DNA of 64,000 nt from the NCBI GenBank assembly GCA_035389185.1, contig DAOORK010000001.1, positions 257,006 through 321,005 on the forward strand, given 5' to 3'. Position 1 is the first letter of the stretch. Every line of letters begins with the position of its first letter. The notes under the pieces were generated by a model. That model did no database searches and was not told the DNA's origin. It worked only from the letters and a program-made list of their open reading frames with translations. The stretch is from Candidatus Woesebacteria bacterium. Its GTDB lineage: Bacteria > Patescibacteriota > Microgenomatia > UBA1400 > MFAQ01. This document shows positions 38,295 to 48,544 of this stretch, piece after piece. The position numbers were made by a program, and so were the translations under genes.

Positions 38295-39701
38295 TTATTG
38301 TACTTGGAAAAATTGTTTTGTACTTATCTCAATATTTTCTTTATCGTTGGGTCTTTCTCCTAAGTAGTCTTGGAAATAGACATTAAGGTTATTGTCTTTG
38401 TATAAAACCCTAAATAATTCAGAACCTGAGGTGATGTTGGAAATTTGTTTACTCGATCCCCATTCTTTTCCATAATCATCAGTGTCGTTTATAAATTCAA
38501 AATAACTTCCTTGTGGATATTGGGGATAATAGGAAGAAAAATAATTCACTATTTGCCGTGCCGTTTTTGAACGATTTACAGAATAATGCCTAGTATAAGT
38601 AAGATAGTTCATGGAGAGATTGAGAGCTATATAAAAGAGAACAAAGAGGGCTGAGAACAAAGATGTCTTCTTTGGAAAAACGCTGGCTATCCCAAGCGAA
38701 AAACCGACCAAGGGTAAGCCTAGCTCCAAAGCAAACTTGTGCTGGGGTAGAAAAATGACAGGTAAAAGAGGAATAACAAATAATAAGATTGAAACAACTT
38801 GGAGACGGTTTATATGTTTTATCTTTTTTACCAGAAGACCAATAAACGAAAAAACTGTGCCTCCAAGGAGAATAAAGATCGTTTGCCACCAATATGGGTA
38901 ATCCGTGAATAATCTGGGAATTGGCCTAAAACCACTACCAATGTAATCAACCAATAGTTCTGGTGCACCAAAGCTCCATAACACATACCAGGATAGGGTG
39001 TTTAAGGTTTTGGATGGAGAAAAATTCCAAACGTAACTATCCCCTTCGACGATTCCAAATACACTAAAGCGAAGATACAAATAGATGAGAGATATCATTA
39101 CAAAAGGTAAAAACTGCTTGATTTTTTTGAGTATTCCTTGATAGTTGAGGATAAGTATTAATACCGGCAAAACAATGGCTGTTTCTTTTGAAAGTAAAGC
39201 CAAAATAAAAAATATCAAGGACTTAACTTTTGACTTTTCAAAATTAAGTAAACAAAGGATAGAAAATATTACTAGAGAAATCTCTTGAAAAGCTGAGAGA
39301 AAATATAGTCTGGTAAAGTTTGAGACTGAGATTCCATAGATGAACGTAGCAATAATTGATTTTTTATCTTCTTTGAGAACAGATTTGGCAAAACGATAAA
39401 CAAGATAGAGAGAGAATCCAAAACAGAGTAAGACAAAGAGATAATATGGCCAGGCAGTTAGTCCGAAAAGCTTTTGAAAAGAAAAAAAGAATACTTGAGT
39501 GGGAAGAGGCCGATAAAAAGCGGCAGATTGGGCAGTGTGACTGAAAGAAAAGAAATTGAGAAATTGAGATAGAGAATCCACGTTTGAAATACGCAAGTGA
39601 AACCAGTCATCGCCCGAGAAATAATTTCCTAGTTGGAAAATATAAATAAATATCGGGAATAATATAAGAGAGATCGATTTAATAAGGTTAATTTTCATCA
39701 A
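38295..39701 (-). CDS. Polytopic membrane protein of unknown function (possible GT-C/polymerase-like)
   Basis: 468 aa; about 11 TM, low-GC, N/K/F/Y-rich; first loop NYFSGDDWFHLRISN. Confidence 0.3.
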   Translation of the reverse strand: MMKINLIKSISLILFPIFIYIFQLGNYFSGDDWFHLRISNVDSLSQFLNFFSFSHTAQSAAFYRPLPTQVFFFSFQKLFGLTAWPYYLFVLLCFGFSLYLVYRFAKSVLKEDKKSIIATFIYGISVSNFTRLYFLSAFQEISLVIFSILCLLNFEKSKVKSLIFFILALLSKETAIVLPVLILILNYQGILKKIKQFLPFVMISLIYLYLRFSVFGIVEGDSYVWNFSPSKTLNTLSWYVLWSFGAPELLVDYIGSGFRPIPRLFTDYPYWWQTIFILLGGTVFSFIGLLVKKIKHINRLQVVSILLFVIPLLPVIFLPQHKFALELGLPLVGFSLGIASVFPKKTSLFSALFVLFYIALNLSMNYLTYTRHYSVNRSKTARQIVNYFSSYYPQYPQGSYFEFINDTDDYGKEWGSSKQISNITSGSELFRVLYKDNNLNVYFQDYLGERPNDKENIEISTKQFFQVQ

Positions 39702-39717
39702 CAGTTAAATTGTATAC

Positions 39718-41550
39718 TCAAATGGATATTTTTCTATTTGGTAATAACTTTTCTGGATGATAGATTGAGGAACACACTATACCGGCGACAATAAGGAAAT
39801 AAAAGACATACAGTTCAATAAACGATAATGTCGAAACAACTGTACCCTGTTGAGCAGGATTAGTATACGGATCACCAATAATTTGGATTATTGTTGACAT
39901 CCATAAAAAATATCCACAAACGGCAGACAGAAGGAGTAACTTTGGTTTGATTATTTCAACGACATAGATAAGTAAAATCGGAATTGAAAAATGATAAAGA
40001 AGGAAATAGGCCCCTCCATAATCAAAAAGTTGATTATATCGATTGAGGTAAAGTAACCAAAAAATTATTAGCGGGGAAATACCAAGTATGAGCCATTTTG
40101 TGTGTCGTTTGTTTGTTTTTTTTATCAAAAAGACAATACTGAGAAAAATAATTGGGGATAAATTCGATATCAGTGAAAATCTTATGAATTGATATTTTAA
40201 TTCATATGGTGTCAAGGTATTTTGGGGATCCACGCTTTTCTTCAATGGGTTTGGATATACCAGCTGTAATAGGTTTATAGATTTTGCTGAAAAAAACGAC
40301 TGGGTTTCTTTTGGATATTCTTGAAAATATACACTTTCTCGCTGATTTTGATTTGATGTAGGAGGTGCGGCTGTTGAAAACAATAGCCACACGATAAACG
40401 AAACCAATAACGGTGTAAACCATAGGAGAGACCTAAAAAATGACCCGAATGAAGACCATTTTCTTAATGAATACACTATCAACAGAGAGGCAGACAGGAT
40501 AACAGTATAAGGATGAATTAGAAATGACACAACCATCAAAAAAGATGCCAATATCGAGTTATTTCTTTTGACTTTATCGAACAATAGTGGAATGGCAATA
40601 ATTATTGGGTAAGCTGCAAAATATTTATAAAAAATTTCAGTGTTAAAAGATAGTTGTGACAATTGGACATTACCAAGTATCATGACAATTAAAAGGCACG
40701 CTTTTACTCTAGAAGATACCTGTGTAGTGACTAAATAAAAGAGACCCAAATAATAAAGTAAGGCAAGAACTTCAAGAAAACGCGCATAAACAAAATGTGA
40801 TTCGCCAAATATACTAATTATTGAGGAAGTAATAATCGGTAGTAGTGGGGTTCTTTCTCCAATTAACAAGTCATCTAAACGATCAAAATAATTCGTCTGA
40901 TCTCCATATTTTTGATTGTAGTAATAACGAGCAATTCTCCAGGGGTTAATACTGTCGGCAAAATACCCTGTATAGCCCGTCACCGGCACCGGAGTTGATG
41001 AATCAAGAAGATATCCTGTCGATGGCACACCGTAGTACTGGTCTCTTCTGTAAATCGAAATATTAATTATTGAAAGTGTTAGCAAACCGATAACAAAATA
41101 TTTTAAGAATAGTTTTGAATCTAAAAATAGACGGCGATATATAAAATAAATTAGTCCCAGAAAAGAAGTGACAAGTGATAGCTGAAGGAACAGCTCGTTT
41201 TTTGACCATAAATACAAAAGACCTTGAGCAAACAATAGTGTTATCGATGCAATCGGAGCCAAAATTATCTTACTCTCCTTAGAAATGTCGATTTTATTAA
41301 TTTTTATTAAATAATCTACAAGGGAATATCCTGGAAAAAATAGAAGGAAAAGATAGAAAAAATAATATAACCAGTACATCAGAAAGGAGTGTCCACGAAA
41401 ATGTACTATCTCCAGTTGAACAAGAAACGTATTAAAGAGAGTGGATCCGGAAAACAAACTTAAAACAAGAAATGAGAAAGTGATTAATAGGACGACAACA
41501 CCGATCGTTATCAGAATCTTTTTAAACGCTGGGTGCCCTTTCTTTTTCAT
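39718..41550 (-). CDS. Polytopic membrane protein of unknown function (possible GT-C-like)
   Basis: 610 aa; about 14 TM; loop with DRLDDLLIGERTPLLP acidic motif. Confidence 0.3.
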   Translation of the reverse strand: MKKKGHPAFKKILITIGVVVLLITFSFLVLSLFSGSTLFNTFLVQLEIVHFRGHSFLMYWLYYFFYLFLLFFPGYSLVDYLIKINKIDISKESKIILAPIASITLLFAQGLLYLWSKNELFLQLSLVTSFLGLIYFIYRRLFLDSKLFLKYFVIGLLTLSIINISIYRRDQYYGVPSTGYLLDSSTPVPVTGYTGYFADSINPWRIARYYYNQKYGDQTNYFDRLDDLLIGERTPLLPIITSSIISIFGESHFVYARFLEVLALLYYLGLFYLVTTQVSSRVKACLLIVMILGNVQLSQLSFNTEIFYKYFAAYPIIIAIPLLFDKVKRNNSILASFLMVVSFLIHPYTVILSASLLIVYSLRKWSSFGSFFRSLLWFTPLLVSFIVWLLFSTAAPPTSNQNQRESVYFQEYPKETQSFFSAKSINLLQLVYPNPLKKSVDPQNTLTPYELKYQFIRFSLISNLSPIIFLSIVFLIKKTNKRHTKWLILGISPLIIFWLLYLNRYNQLFDYGGAYFLLYHFSIPILLIYVVEIIKPKLLLLSAVCGYFLWMSTIIQIIGDPYTNPAQQGTVVSTLSFIELYVFYFLIVAGIVCSSIYHPEKLLPNRKISI

Positions 41551-41636
41551 ATCAATTTATGATGATTATTAAGTATAATGGAAAACTGTATGAATATACG
41601 CACTGAGGATGTTTTTATAATAAACAAATATCTAGC

Positions 41637-42368
41637 ATGCAAATAGTAGAGAAAAAATTAGGCATTTCACCAGATTACCAATATCGTGCCATGACTCAGT
41701 CATCGTGGATAAAGAGAAACTGGCACCAAAATAAGTTTGATATTGTAAGACAAATTCATAAATTCAATAAGAATGAAGAGATATTGGATCTAGGAACCGG
41801 TTCTGGAAATTTCGAACTGATATTTGCCCGTTCCGTAAAACACATATACGGAGTTGACTATAACGATGACGCCTTATCATTTTTAGATAAATTGCTAACA
41901 AAAAAGAGAATTAAAAATGTAACCTTAGAGTGTTCCGACATGAGGAAATTATCATCAAAACTAAATCGGAAAAAGTACAATTTGATTGTTTCTATCGACA
42001 CAATTGAACATGTTTCAAAAAAAGATGGAGCCAAAATTGTTGAATGGTCAAAAAATCGATTAAAAAAGAATGGACGATTAATTATTATCACTCCAAATTA
42101 TGAAAGTGTGTGGGTATTTTTAGAGAAAATCCTCGATTTTCTATCATTCACACCCAAAATGGGACGCCACCAACACATGTCAAAATATTCAGTTAGTAGC
42201 ATGAGAAAAATGCTTTTGGAACATGGGTTTAGCGTTAACAAGGAAATAACTTTTAATTTGTTTTCGTTCATTCTTCCAAATAAAATTAACCAAAACCTGT
42301 TAAGAATTGAGGGGAAGTTGCACCATAATCGAGGGTGTTTAATGGCAGTTGAGGCTATAAACAAATAA
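41637..42368 (+). CDS. Class I SAM-dependent methyltransferase
   Basis: 243 aa; ILDLGTGSGNF motif I, IVSIDTIEHV. The only plus-strand gene within the low-GC block. Confidence 0.65.
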   Translation: MQIVEKKLGISPDYQYRAMTQSSWIKRNWHQNKFDIVRQIHKFNKNEEILDLGTGSGNFELIFARSVKHIYGVDYNDDALSFLDKLLTKKRIKNVTLECSDMRKLSSKLNRKKYNLIVSIDTIEHVSKKDGAKIVEWSKNRLKKNGRLIIITPNYESVWVFLEKILDFLSFTPKMGRHQHMSKYSVSSMRKMLLEHGFSVNKEITFNLFSFILPNKINQNLLRIEGKLHHNRGCLMAVEAINK

Positions 42369-42407
42369 CAATATTTTCTTGAACTTGGATGTAGACGGCT
42401 GTAATGT

Positions 42408-43421
42408 TTATTTACGTCTGCTACTTAAGTCCGAAATCAGCATTTCGACTGTCACTTTTTTATTTTTCCGGGAATTACTACTTAAAAAGTGTACTATCGT
42501 GGAAATAACAAATAATACGAATGACCAAATGGCGGCCTTTTCAGCATAGTTTTGCAGATTTAGCAGACTTAATAGTGATGTGATTGTCAATAACATAATT
42601 GAAAAAACTAATACTACCTTTCCATCAATCTTAAATTTCAATATTGTAAGAAACCACAAAAGAATAACCGGTAACGAATCTTTCATTAGGTAGTCTTTAA
42701 AGACAATTATTTCAAGAATACTTGTAAAAAAACATATACCCAGGAAAATAAGATAATTATTTCGTCCAAAATATACAAATATCGAATATAGCAAAAATGG
42801 TAAGAACGAGCTTAGAAATAGGGCAACTAAATAAGTGTCAGCAACAATATTCCATACTTTATGTATTAAAAACCAGGTAAGGTTATTGATGTTTTTATAG
42901 ATATATTCTTTTGTGAAAACATATTTAGTGGAGATTACCGGCTTTTCGCTATCAATTACAATTCCAGTTATTTCTTCTCCGTTTTGAGACTCAATTTCAA
43001 ATTGGTATGTTTTCCCTTGAGAGTCATTGATTACCGGAAACCCGAAAGGAAATAATTCGTGAGGCTGAAATTGATCAGTATTATATTTTGCACTGTAAAT
43101 CCAATTTTCTGCCCCTGATTCTCTTATTCTAAAAATAACAACGTCGATACTGTCTCTTCCCTTATTGTCGAATCTAACAAAAACTGTTCCGAGATTATTA
43201 TATTGAGAAACAAACTCTCCTTTAGCAATATTCCCTCTCAGCATCATCTTCCCCACTCTATCTATTTTTGACTGATTATTGTTTGTACTCAATAAATAAA
43301 AAATACCTCGGCCCCCTGTTTGGATAGAGTTTGTGAAACTGAAGACCCCATAAAGCACCAAAATGACAGGAAAAATAAAATACAAAACTAAATTACTCAT
43401 TTGGATTAGAATCTTATTCAT
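42408..43421 (-). CDS. Membrane protein of unknown function (N-terminal TM, about 150 aa extracytoplasmic beta-rich domain, 4 C-terminal TM)
   Basis: 337 aa ORF, 8-nt overlap with the upstream gene. Confidence 0.3.
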   Translation of the reverse strand: MNKILIQMSNLVLYFIFPVILVLYGVFSFTNSIQTGGRGIFYLLSTNNNQSKIDRVGKMMLRGNIAKGEFVSQYNNLGTVFVRFDNKGRDSIDVVIFRIRESGAENWIYSAKYNTDQFQPHELFPFGFPVINDSQGKTYQFEIESQNGEEITGIVIDSEKPVISTKYVFTKEYIYKNINNLTWFLIHKVWNIVADTYLVALFLSSFLPFLLYSIFVYFGRNNYLIFLGICFFTSILEIIVFKDYLMKDSLPVILLWFLTILKFKIDGKVVLVFSIMLLTITSLLSLLNLQNYAEKAAIWSFVLFVISTIVHFLSSNSRKNKKVTVEMLISDLSSRRK

Positions 43422-45684
43422 TTTTCCTTTTTAAATAATCAACAAATAAATATATCAAACTCCCAGTCATTACTAGGACGCTTATTATTAACCCAACAAA
43501 ATAATAACTTTGAGGTTGAAACTCAATTTCTATGTATAAGTTTTCCGACAAATAATCTGGATTATTCTCTTTTAATTGACGTAACAAATCGTCGGAATTA
43601 ATTATCCAGCCGTTTGCATATCCGTTAACGAGTATGTGTTCATTTTCGGGTAAATAATCTTTTCTAAACCAATTGCTTGGTTGAACCTGAGAAGAACGGG
43701 AATCGGACTTTGAATGAATATATAGTTTCCACCCTTTATCGTAATTTTCTGAGTTAATTAGTAAATACTTTCCACTGGCTTTATTTATATTGACTCTATA
43801 TAAAGTTGGATTGACTTTAACAAAACTGATATTATCTTCCTTTATCAAATCACTTAATAATGAATTGTCAAAAACATTATCTCGAAGCTGAATAAAGCTA
43901 TCGTAGTTATTTTTTTTCGATAAATCTTTTACAATAATATCCAAGCTATCTTCAGACAAATATGGGTTACTGGAAAGATATATTATTGGTTTTGCAGTTT
44001 TATTTTGATAGAGTGAAAGTTCGTTTGAATATCTCTTTTCCAATGTAAGAGTCGCTGACATAGAGGCAAGGCTGGCGTGAATCAACTCGTTTGTCCACTT
44101 ATCCATTGATTTTCCAATAAACATAGGAAGTCTCGATTTGAAATCATCTCTCATGACGATATTTTCTATCCCAAGAAAATTCATTAGGACCCTACTTTCT
44201 TCATAATTATCCGGTTCATATATTTTTTCAAAGAGAGCTTTTTCTACCTGATTTGACGGATTGTTGCCAATGTAGTATTTGGGGTTGCCGAACATTAAGG
44301 GATCATTCCCAGCAAATTTACTGTCTTGATAGGACATGGGTTGGCTTGCAGGAAGCCAAAAGATTTTCCCTGTTGATTCGTTATTAGTTAAATCGTTAAG
44401 TAAATATTGGTAACCGGTGTTTAGCACGTATGTTTGCACTCCATAGTTGTAATTTCCTGAGATAAAGGGGTACATGCCATACAAAACCAAAACGGTCGTT
44501 CCAATATAGATGATCTTGCTTTTAAACGATTGTAAAAACGAAGATAACAAAATCGAAAAAGAAAGACTTGTTAAAACAGTTATGTACTGAATATTTCTAA
44601 AGGCAGCGATATAAAACGTAAACTTTTGATAAATAAACTCATTCAAAAAACCAAATGGAGGATTAACACCCTTGAACAATAATAGAGAGATAACAATTGT
44701 TAGACATAAAGTCTTGATTATTATTGGATTTTTTTTACCAAAAATTCCCATGCCGATTAAGGCGATAAGGGCGTATTTCGCAGAGATAAAAACCGATACA
44801 AACGGTAAGGGAATTGAGGCTAGATAATATTTGTATCCAGCGCCATCAAGCAAATAGGCAAGATACATCTTTGGACTAATGTAAGTATTCCAATTGATGG
44901 CATTTTCGGTAATTGTCTTTGCAGTTTGACCAATCTGACTTAATAGGAGCAAAACAAACTGAGCAGACAAAAGCAAGGTAATAATATAAACAAAAAATAT
45001 TTTGGCTATTCGCCGAAATGATTGACTGATATTTCTTGATGAGACAAGGTCTACAAAAAGAAAAATAAACACAAAGGTGGAGACAATGTGTAAATAATTA
45101 TCTTGACTTAGGATCAATCGAAACAAGAACGAACATATTATGGTGTTTCTAACTATTCGATTGTCTGAATTGCACAATTCAAATAGCTGTCTAATCAATA
45201 AGGGAAGTAAGGCGAAACTTAACAAAAATACCAGGTATCCAGACACGACAGCGTTGAAAACGATTGGTACCGACATATAAAATAATCCGGACATTAATGA
45301 GGGAAAGAGGTCGTATTTTAGGTATTTGCTCAATAGATACATCGAATAACCGGCGAGTGAAATCGTCGATATAATCATTAATTTTGAGAGATCACCGCCA
45401 TCAAAACCAAATGATTTTGAAAAAAAGCCAAATATTATCCCCGGTATTTCTCCTAAGTTGCGATATAGAACGACTCCATTTAACCAAGAGGTGAGAAATC
45501 GTGTACCAATTATTTGATTTTGAACTGGATAGTATGAAATTGACCAGTCATCACGCAAGCCAAGGGCTCCAGGCGTATTTAACATGCTCCTGTTCGCAAA
45601 TATACTTATTAATAAGAAAATAACAGGAGGAAGAATAATTTTTATCACTTTTCTTAGAGATTTTGAGGAGTGATAGTTTTTCAT
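43414..45684 (-). CDS. Large YfhO-like/GT-C-type polytopic membrane protein (putative glycopolymer glycosyltransferase)
   Basis: 756 aa; about 13 TM N-terminal region, about 300 aa extracytoplasmic domain and a final C-terminal TM. C-terminal GWKLYIHSK...ILVNGYANGWII resembles the GW..VDG / VNG..G pattern recalled for YfhO-family proteins. Tentative. Confidence 0.35.
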   Translation of the reverse strand: MKNYHSSKSLRKVIKIILPPVIFLLISIFANRSMLNTPGALGLRDDWSISYYPVQNQIIGTRFLTSWLNGVVLYRNLGEIPGIIFGFFSKSFGFDGGDLSKLMIISTISLAGYSMYLLSKYLKYDLFPSLMSGLFYMSVPIVFNAVVSGYLVFLLSFALLPLLIRQLFELCNSDNRIVRNTIICSFLFRLILSQDNYLHIVSTFVFIFLFVDLVSSRNISQSFRRIAKIFFVYIITLLLSAQFVLLLLSQIGQTAKTITENAINWNTYISPKMYLAYLLDGAGYKYYLASIPLPFVSVFISAKYALIALIGMGIFGKKNPIIIKTLCLTIVISLLLFKGVNPPFGFLNEFIYQKFTFYIAAFRNIQYITVLTSLSFSILLSSFLQSFKSKIIYIGTTVLVLYGMYPFISGNYNYGVQTYVLNTGYQYLLNDLTNNESTGKIFWLPASQPMSYQDSKFAGNDPLMFGNPKYYIGNNPSNQVEKALFEKIYEPDNYEESRVLMNFLGIENIVMRDDFKSRLPMFIGKSMDKWTNELIHASLASMSATLTLEKRYSNELSLYQNKTAKPIIYLSSNPYLSEDSLDIIVKDLSKKNNYDSFIQLRDNVFDNSLLSDLIKEDNISFVKVNPTLYRVNINKASGKYLLINSENYDKGWKLYIHSKSDSRSSQVQPSNWFRKDYLPENEHILVNGYANGWIINSDDLLRQLKENNPDYLSENLYIEIEFQPQSYYFVGLIISVLVMTGSLIYLFVDYLKRKNE

Positions 45685-45701
45685 GAATGGCCTTCGGTTA
45701 A

Positions 45702-46685
45702 TCAGTTAACGATACAGGAAATGATATTTTTGATAATTTTTGTGTAGGACATAGAATCCTTTACTATTAATTCATTTAATTTATTATTCGGATTGATACA
45801 TTTTAATGTATAGCAGGATAGTAGCGTCCCTGATGAACTAGAGTCGTCAGGATATAAAACAATCTTATTACATCTTGATGACGATATTAAATCGCACAAA
45901 CCACTTCTTATTGAAACAAAGTGACCAGCTAAGTCCAAAAATGGAACAGTGCTTGTTAGTGGGATGCTAAGGTTAATCGCTCCTTCATGTTTAAAATTGA
46001 TTCCGTTAATCACTACAGAGTAACCTAAGGAAATAAGGGCGTCAACAAGTTTATGCCATATTTTGTTGTTGATTATTTTGATTGAGTTCGCTTCTGGAGC
46101 AATCAAGACTGTCTTATGGTGTTTTAATTTGTGTTGATAAAATAGTTTTTCTGATGTTTTTATAGCGATATTTGGGATAAACGGCTCAATTATTGGCACG
46201 TCATTTGATAAAGACAGCATATTTTTATATACATCATAAATATTAGAATTTATACCCATACTTTGGAGATCATTATTGTTTATAAAATATGGGTGCGCGA
46301 TAGCAACCTTGTTAATTGCTAAGGTTGAATAGTTTTTTGAAAATTTTTTAAGCAAAAAAAGGAATGCGTTACCTGGCATGTCGGCAACAATAATTTTCTT
46401 TTTTATATTTGGAAATAATTTTGGGATCTCTTTATGAGTTGGCTTAACGACAATTACAACTGACTTAATATTATTTTCATCCAAAAAATACTTAAGATGC
46501 GCACATAGATTATAAGTATCTCCAATTCCATAAGCGCAGATAAGACCGATTTGATTATTTTTTAATTTAATTTTATTTAATATTTTTTTCCACCTGAAAT
46601 AGCCGAATAATAATGACCTCGTTTGATTAATTAGTTTAGGAATTGACATATTTCTTGGCTTGTATGTTTTACTTTCGGATTTCAA
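45702..46685 (-). CDS. GT9-like (heptosyltransferase-fold) glycosyltransferase
   Basis: 327 aa; N-terminal ICAYGIGDTYNLCAHLKYF (cf. GT9 RLSALGDVLhtlPal) and C-terminal DLAGHFVSIRSGLCDL (cf. NDSGpmHLAAAL); very low GC. Confidence 0.35.
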   Translation of the reverse strand: MKSESKTYKPRNMSIPKLINQTRSLLFGYFRWKKILNKIKLKNNQIGLICAYGIGDTYNLCAHLKYFLDENNIKSVVIVVKPTHKEIPKLFPNIKKKIIVADMPGNAFLFLLKKFSKNYSTLAINKVAIAHPYFINNNDLQSMGINSNIYDVYKNMLSLSNDVPIIEPFIPNIAIKTSEKLFYQHKLKHHKTVLIAPEANSIKIINNKIWHKLVDALISLGYSVVINGINFKHEGAINLSIPLTSTVPFLDLAGHFVSIRSGLCDLISSSRCNKIVLYPDDSSSSGTLLSCYTLKCINPNNKLNELIVKDSMSYTKIIKNIISCIVN

Positions 46686-47409
46686 TTACCAAATCTCTAT
46701 AGAAAAAATTTCCAATTCTTGGAATACCACCAAGCCGTGAAAACAATATGACAAAAATATTACTACTAAGGTTTTTCAATATTACATTGTACTTCCTAAC
46801 TCCTACTCTTTTTAGTAAATTGCTCATATACTCTTTTGACCACTTATAGTAATGCTCGTCATGGAATATTCGACCAGATCCAATTAATCTAAAAATAATG
46901 TCTCCAAACCACTCAGAATTATCTGTAACTATTTCAATTTTCCCTTTGGAAATTTTCACAATATTCTGAATGAATTCTGCAGGGTTAATCATGTGTTCAA
47001 TACTGTAATTACTTAATACAATATCAATACTTTCTTTTCTAAATGGTAGGAATGCTGCGTTTGCAAGAATAAAATTTTCCGGTATTCTCTTGGGTATATA
47101 GCAGTCAAGATTGATATTCCCCCTTGGGTTTTCACCACATCCAACATCAAGAATCAATTTTCGTTTTTCTTTGTATCTTACAAACGGTTTCCCCGACATC
47201 TTTATTAAAATTTTGCCCTTTAGTCCACGAAATCCTCTTTTCCAATTTTCTTCAATCAAAAAATTTGGGACGTTATGACCTTTAATATTTATGATCGGGT
47301 ATTTACGCCCGCAAGTATTACACACAAAGATATCTGGCTTGTCGAATTTTAAACAATCATCTTGACATAAAGGACAGGCAAGCACTTTATAGTAATCCAT
47401 ATTTTTCAA
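46669..47409 (-). CDS. SAM-dependent methyltransferase with N-terminal Trm112-like zinc ribbon
   Basis: 246 aa; LACPLCQDDC...CNTCGRKYPIINIK zinc-ribbon followed by LDVGCGENP motif I. Confidence 0.6.
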   Translation of the reverse strand: MKNMDYYKVLACPLCQDDCLKFDKPDIFVCNTCGRKYPIINIKGHNVPNFLIEENWKRGFRGLKGKILIKMSGKPFVRYKEKRKLILDVGCGENPRGNINLDCYIPKRIPENFILANAAFLPFRKESIDIVLSNYSIEHMINPAEFIQNIVKISKGKIEIVTDNSEWFGDIIFRLIGSGRIFHDEHYYKWSKEYMSNLLKRVGVRKYNVILKNLSSNIFVILFSRLGGIPRIGNFFYRDLVIEIRK

Positions 47410-48538
47410 TTAAATTTAATTCTGTTTTTGCAATATCTTCCCAGGAATATTTCTTTATAAAATTTGCTCCTTGTCTCCCGATTCTAACTCGATCCCTTTT
47501 CGAATTTAAATATTCAATTACTGTAGCGGAAAATTTCTTTGTATTACCTAAGGGTATCGAAATGTTTTTACCTTCAAATACTTCCTTGTATACCGGTAAA
47601 TCCCACGATATTACTGGTAGTCCACAAGCCATTGCTTCGGCAATAACAATCCCAAACCCTTCTTCGTGCGATGGAAATACAAATATTTTTGCTGATTTTA
47701 ATGTTGGATATATATCTTCATTACGTAAATATCCAAAAAACTTAATGTTCTTTTTAATGTTGTATTTTTCTATTGTATCTTTAAGTTTGTTGATATTATT
47801 GATGTCTCCTCCGCCGATAATTGCAAGTTTTGCATTGGGAATCGTATCAATAACAGTTTTCCAAATCTCCGGAAGGTCGAATACACCTTTTGAAGGATTA
47901 ATTCTTCCCAAATATATCGCGTCCCATACCTGATTTTTTATCTTCTTGACTTCTTGAATCCTTTCGTAATCAATGCCGACAGGATTAATAAATATTTTTT
48001 GTGAATCAATACCGGAATCACATAATGCGACTCCAGTTGCCTTATTAATATTTATTACGATGTTGGCCTTTCTAATTAGCATTAGACTTATTCTCTGCGA
48101 CAATTGTGCCATCAAATTTATGATTTTATTACCTGGCCTAACACGCCAATCTTGATAAATATGAAAAACGCACTGAACCCATTTTATCTTCGGGCGTAAT
48201 AGTTTTAGTACAAAGGCAGGAATAACGTCCGGAAAGAAATCTGAGTTTGAATAAACAACATCGATATTTTTATTTGGGAGATGAAACAAAACGTATGCTG
48301 TACGCAGTAAATAACTAATACCCGCACCAAATCTATCGAAAATTGTTGGGGTAATTATATATTTAAACTTAATTTTGTATGTTTCATCGAGGTTCCTTCC
48401 ATCTTTATTTGTGATAATTACTCCATCAAAATTATTTTGAATTCTGCTAAATATCTCGACGAATCTTGTTTCTCCACCACTGGTTTTTGTGTTTTTTCCC
48501 CAGAAACTATTTTGAAAGATTATTACACTTTTTTTCAT
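47387..48538 (-). CDS. Glycosyltransferase family 4
   Basis: 383 aa; EGFGIVIAEAMACGLPVIS GT4 motif. Confidence 0.65.
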   Translation of the reverse strand: MKKSVIIFQNSFWGKNTKTSGGETRFVEIFSRIQNNFDGVIITNKDGRNLDETYKIKFKYIITPTIFDRFGAGISYLLRTAYVLFHLPNKNIDVVYSNSDFFPDVIPAFVLKLLRPKIKWVQCVFHIYQDWRVRPGNKIINLMAQLSQRISLMLIRKANIVININKATGVALCDSGIDSQKIFINPVGIDYERIQEVKKIKNQVWDAIYLGRINPSKGVFDLPEIWKTVIDTIPNAKLAIIGGGDINNINKLKDTIEKYNIKKNIKFFGYLRNEDIYPTLKSAKIFVFPSHEEGFGIVIAEAMACGLPVISWDLPVYKEVFEGKNISIPLGNTKKFSATVIEYLNSKRDRVRIGRQGANFIKKYSWEDIAKTELNLIEKYGLL

Positions 48539-48544
48539 TTTTTC

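Noticed and set aside
42369-42421. Weak inverted repeat (AGACG ... CGTCT) between convergent genes 41637..42368 and 42408..43421
   Set aside because: Only a 5-bp stem with a 17-nt loop, overlapping the 3' end of the minus-strand gene. Too weak to call a bidirectional terminator.
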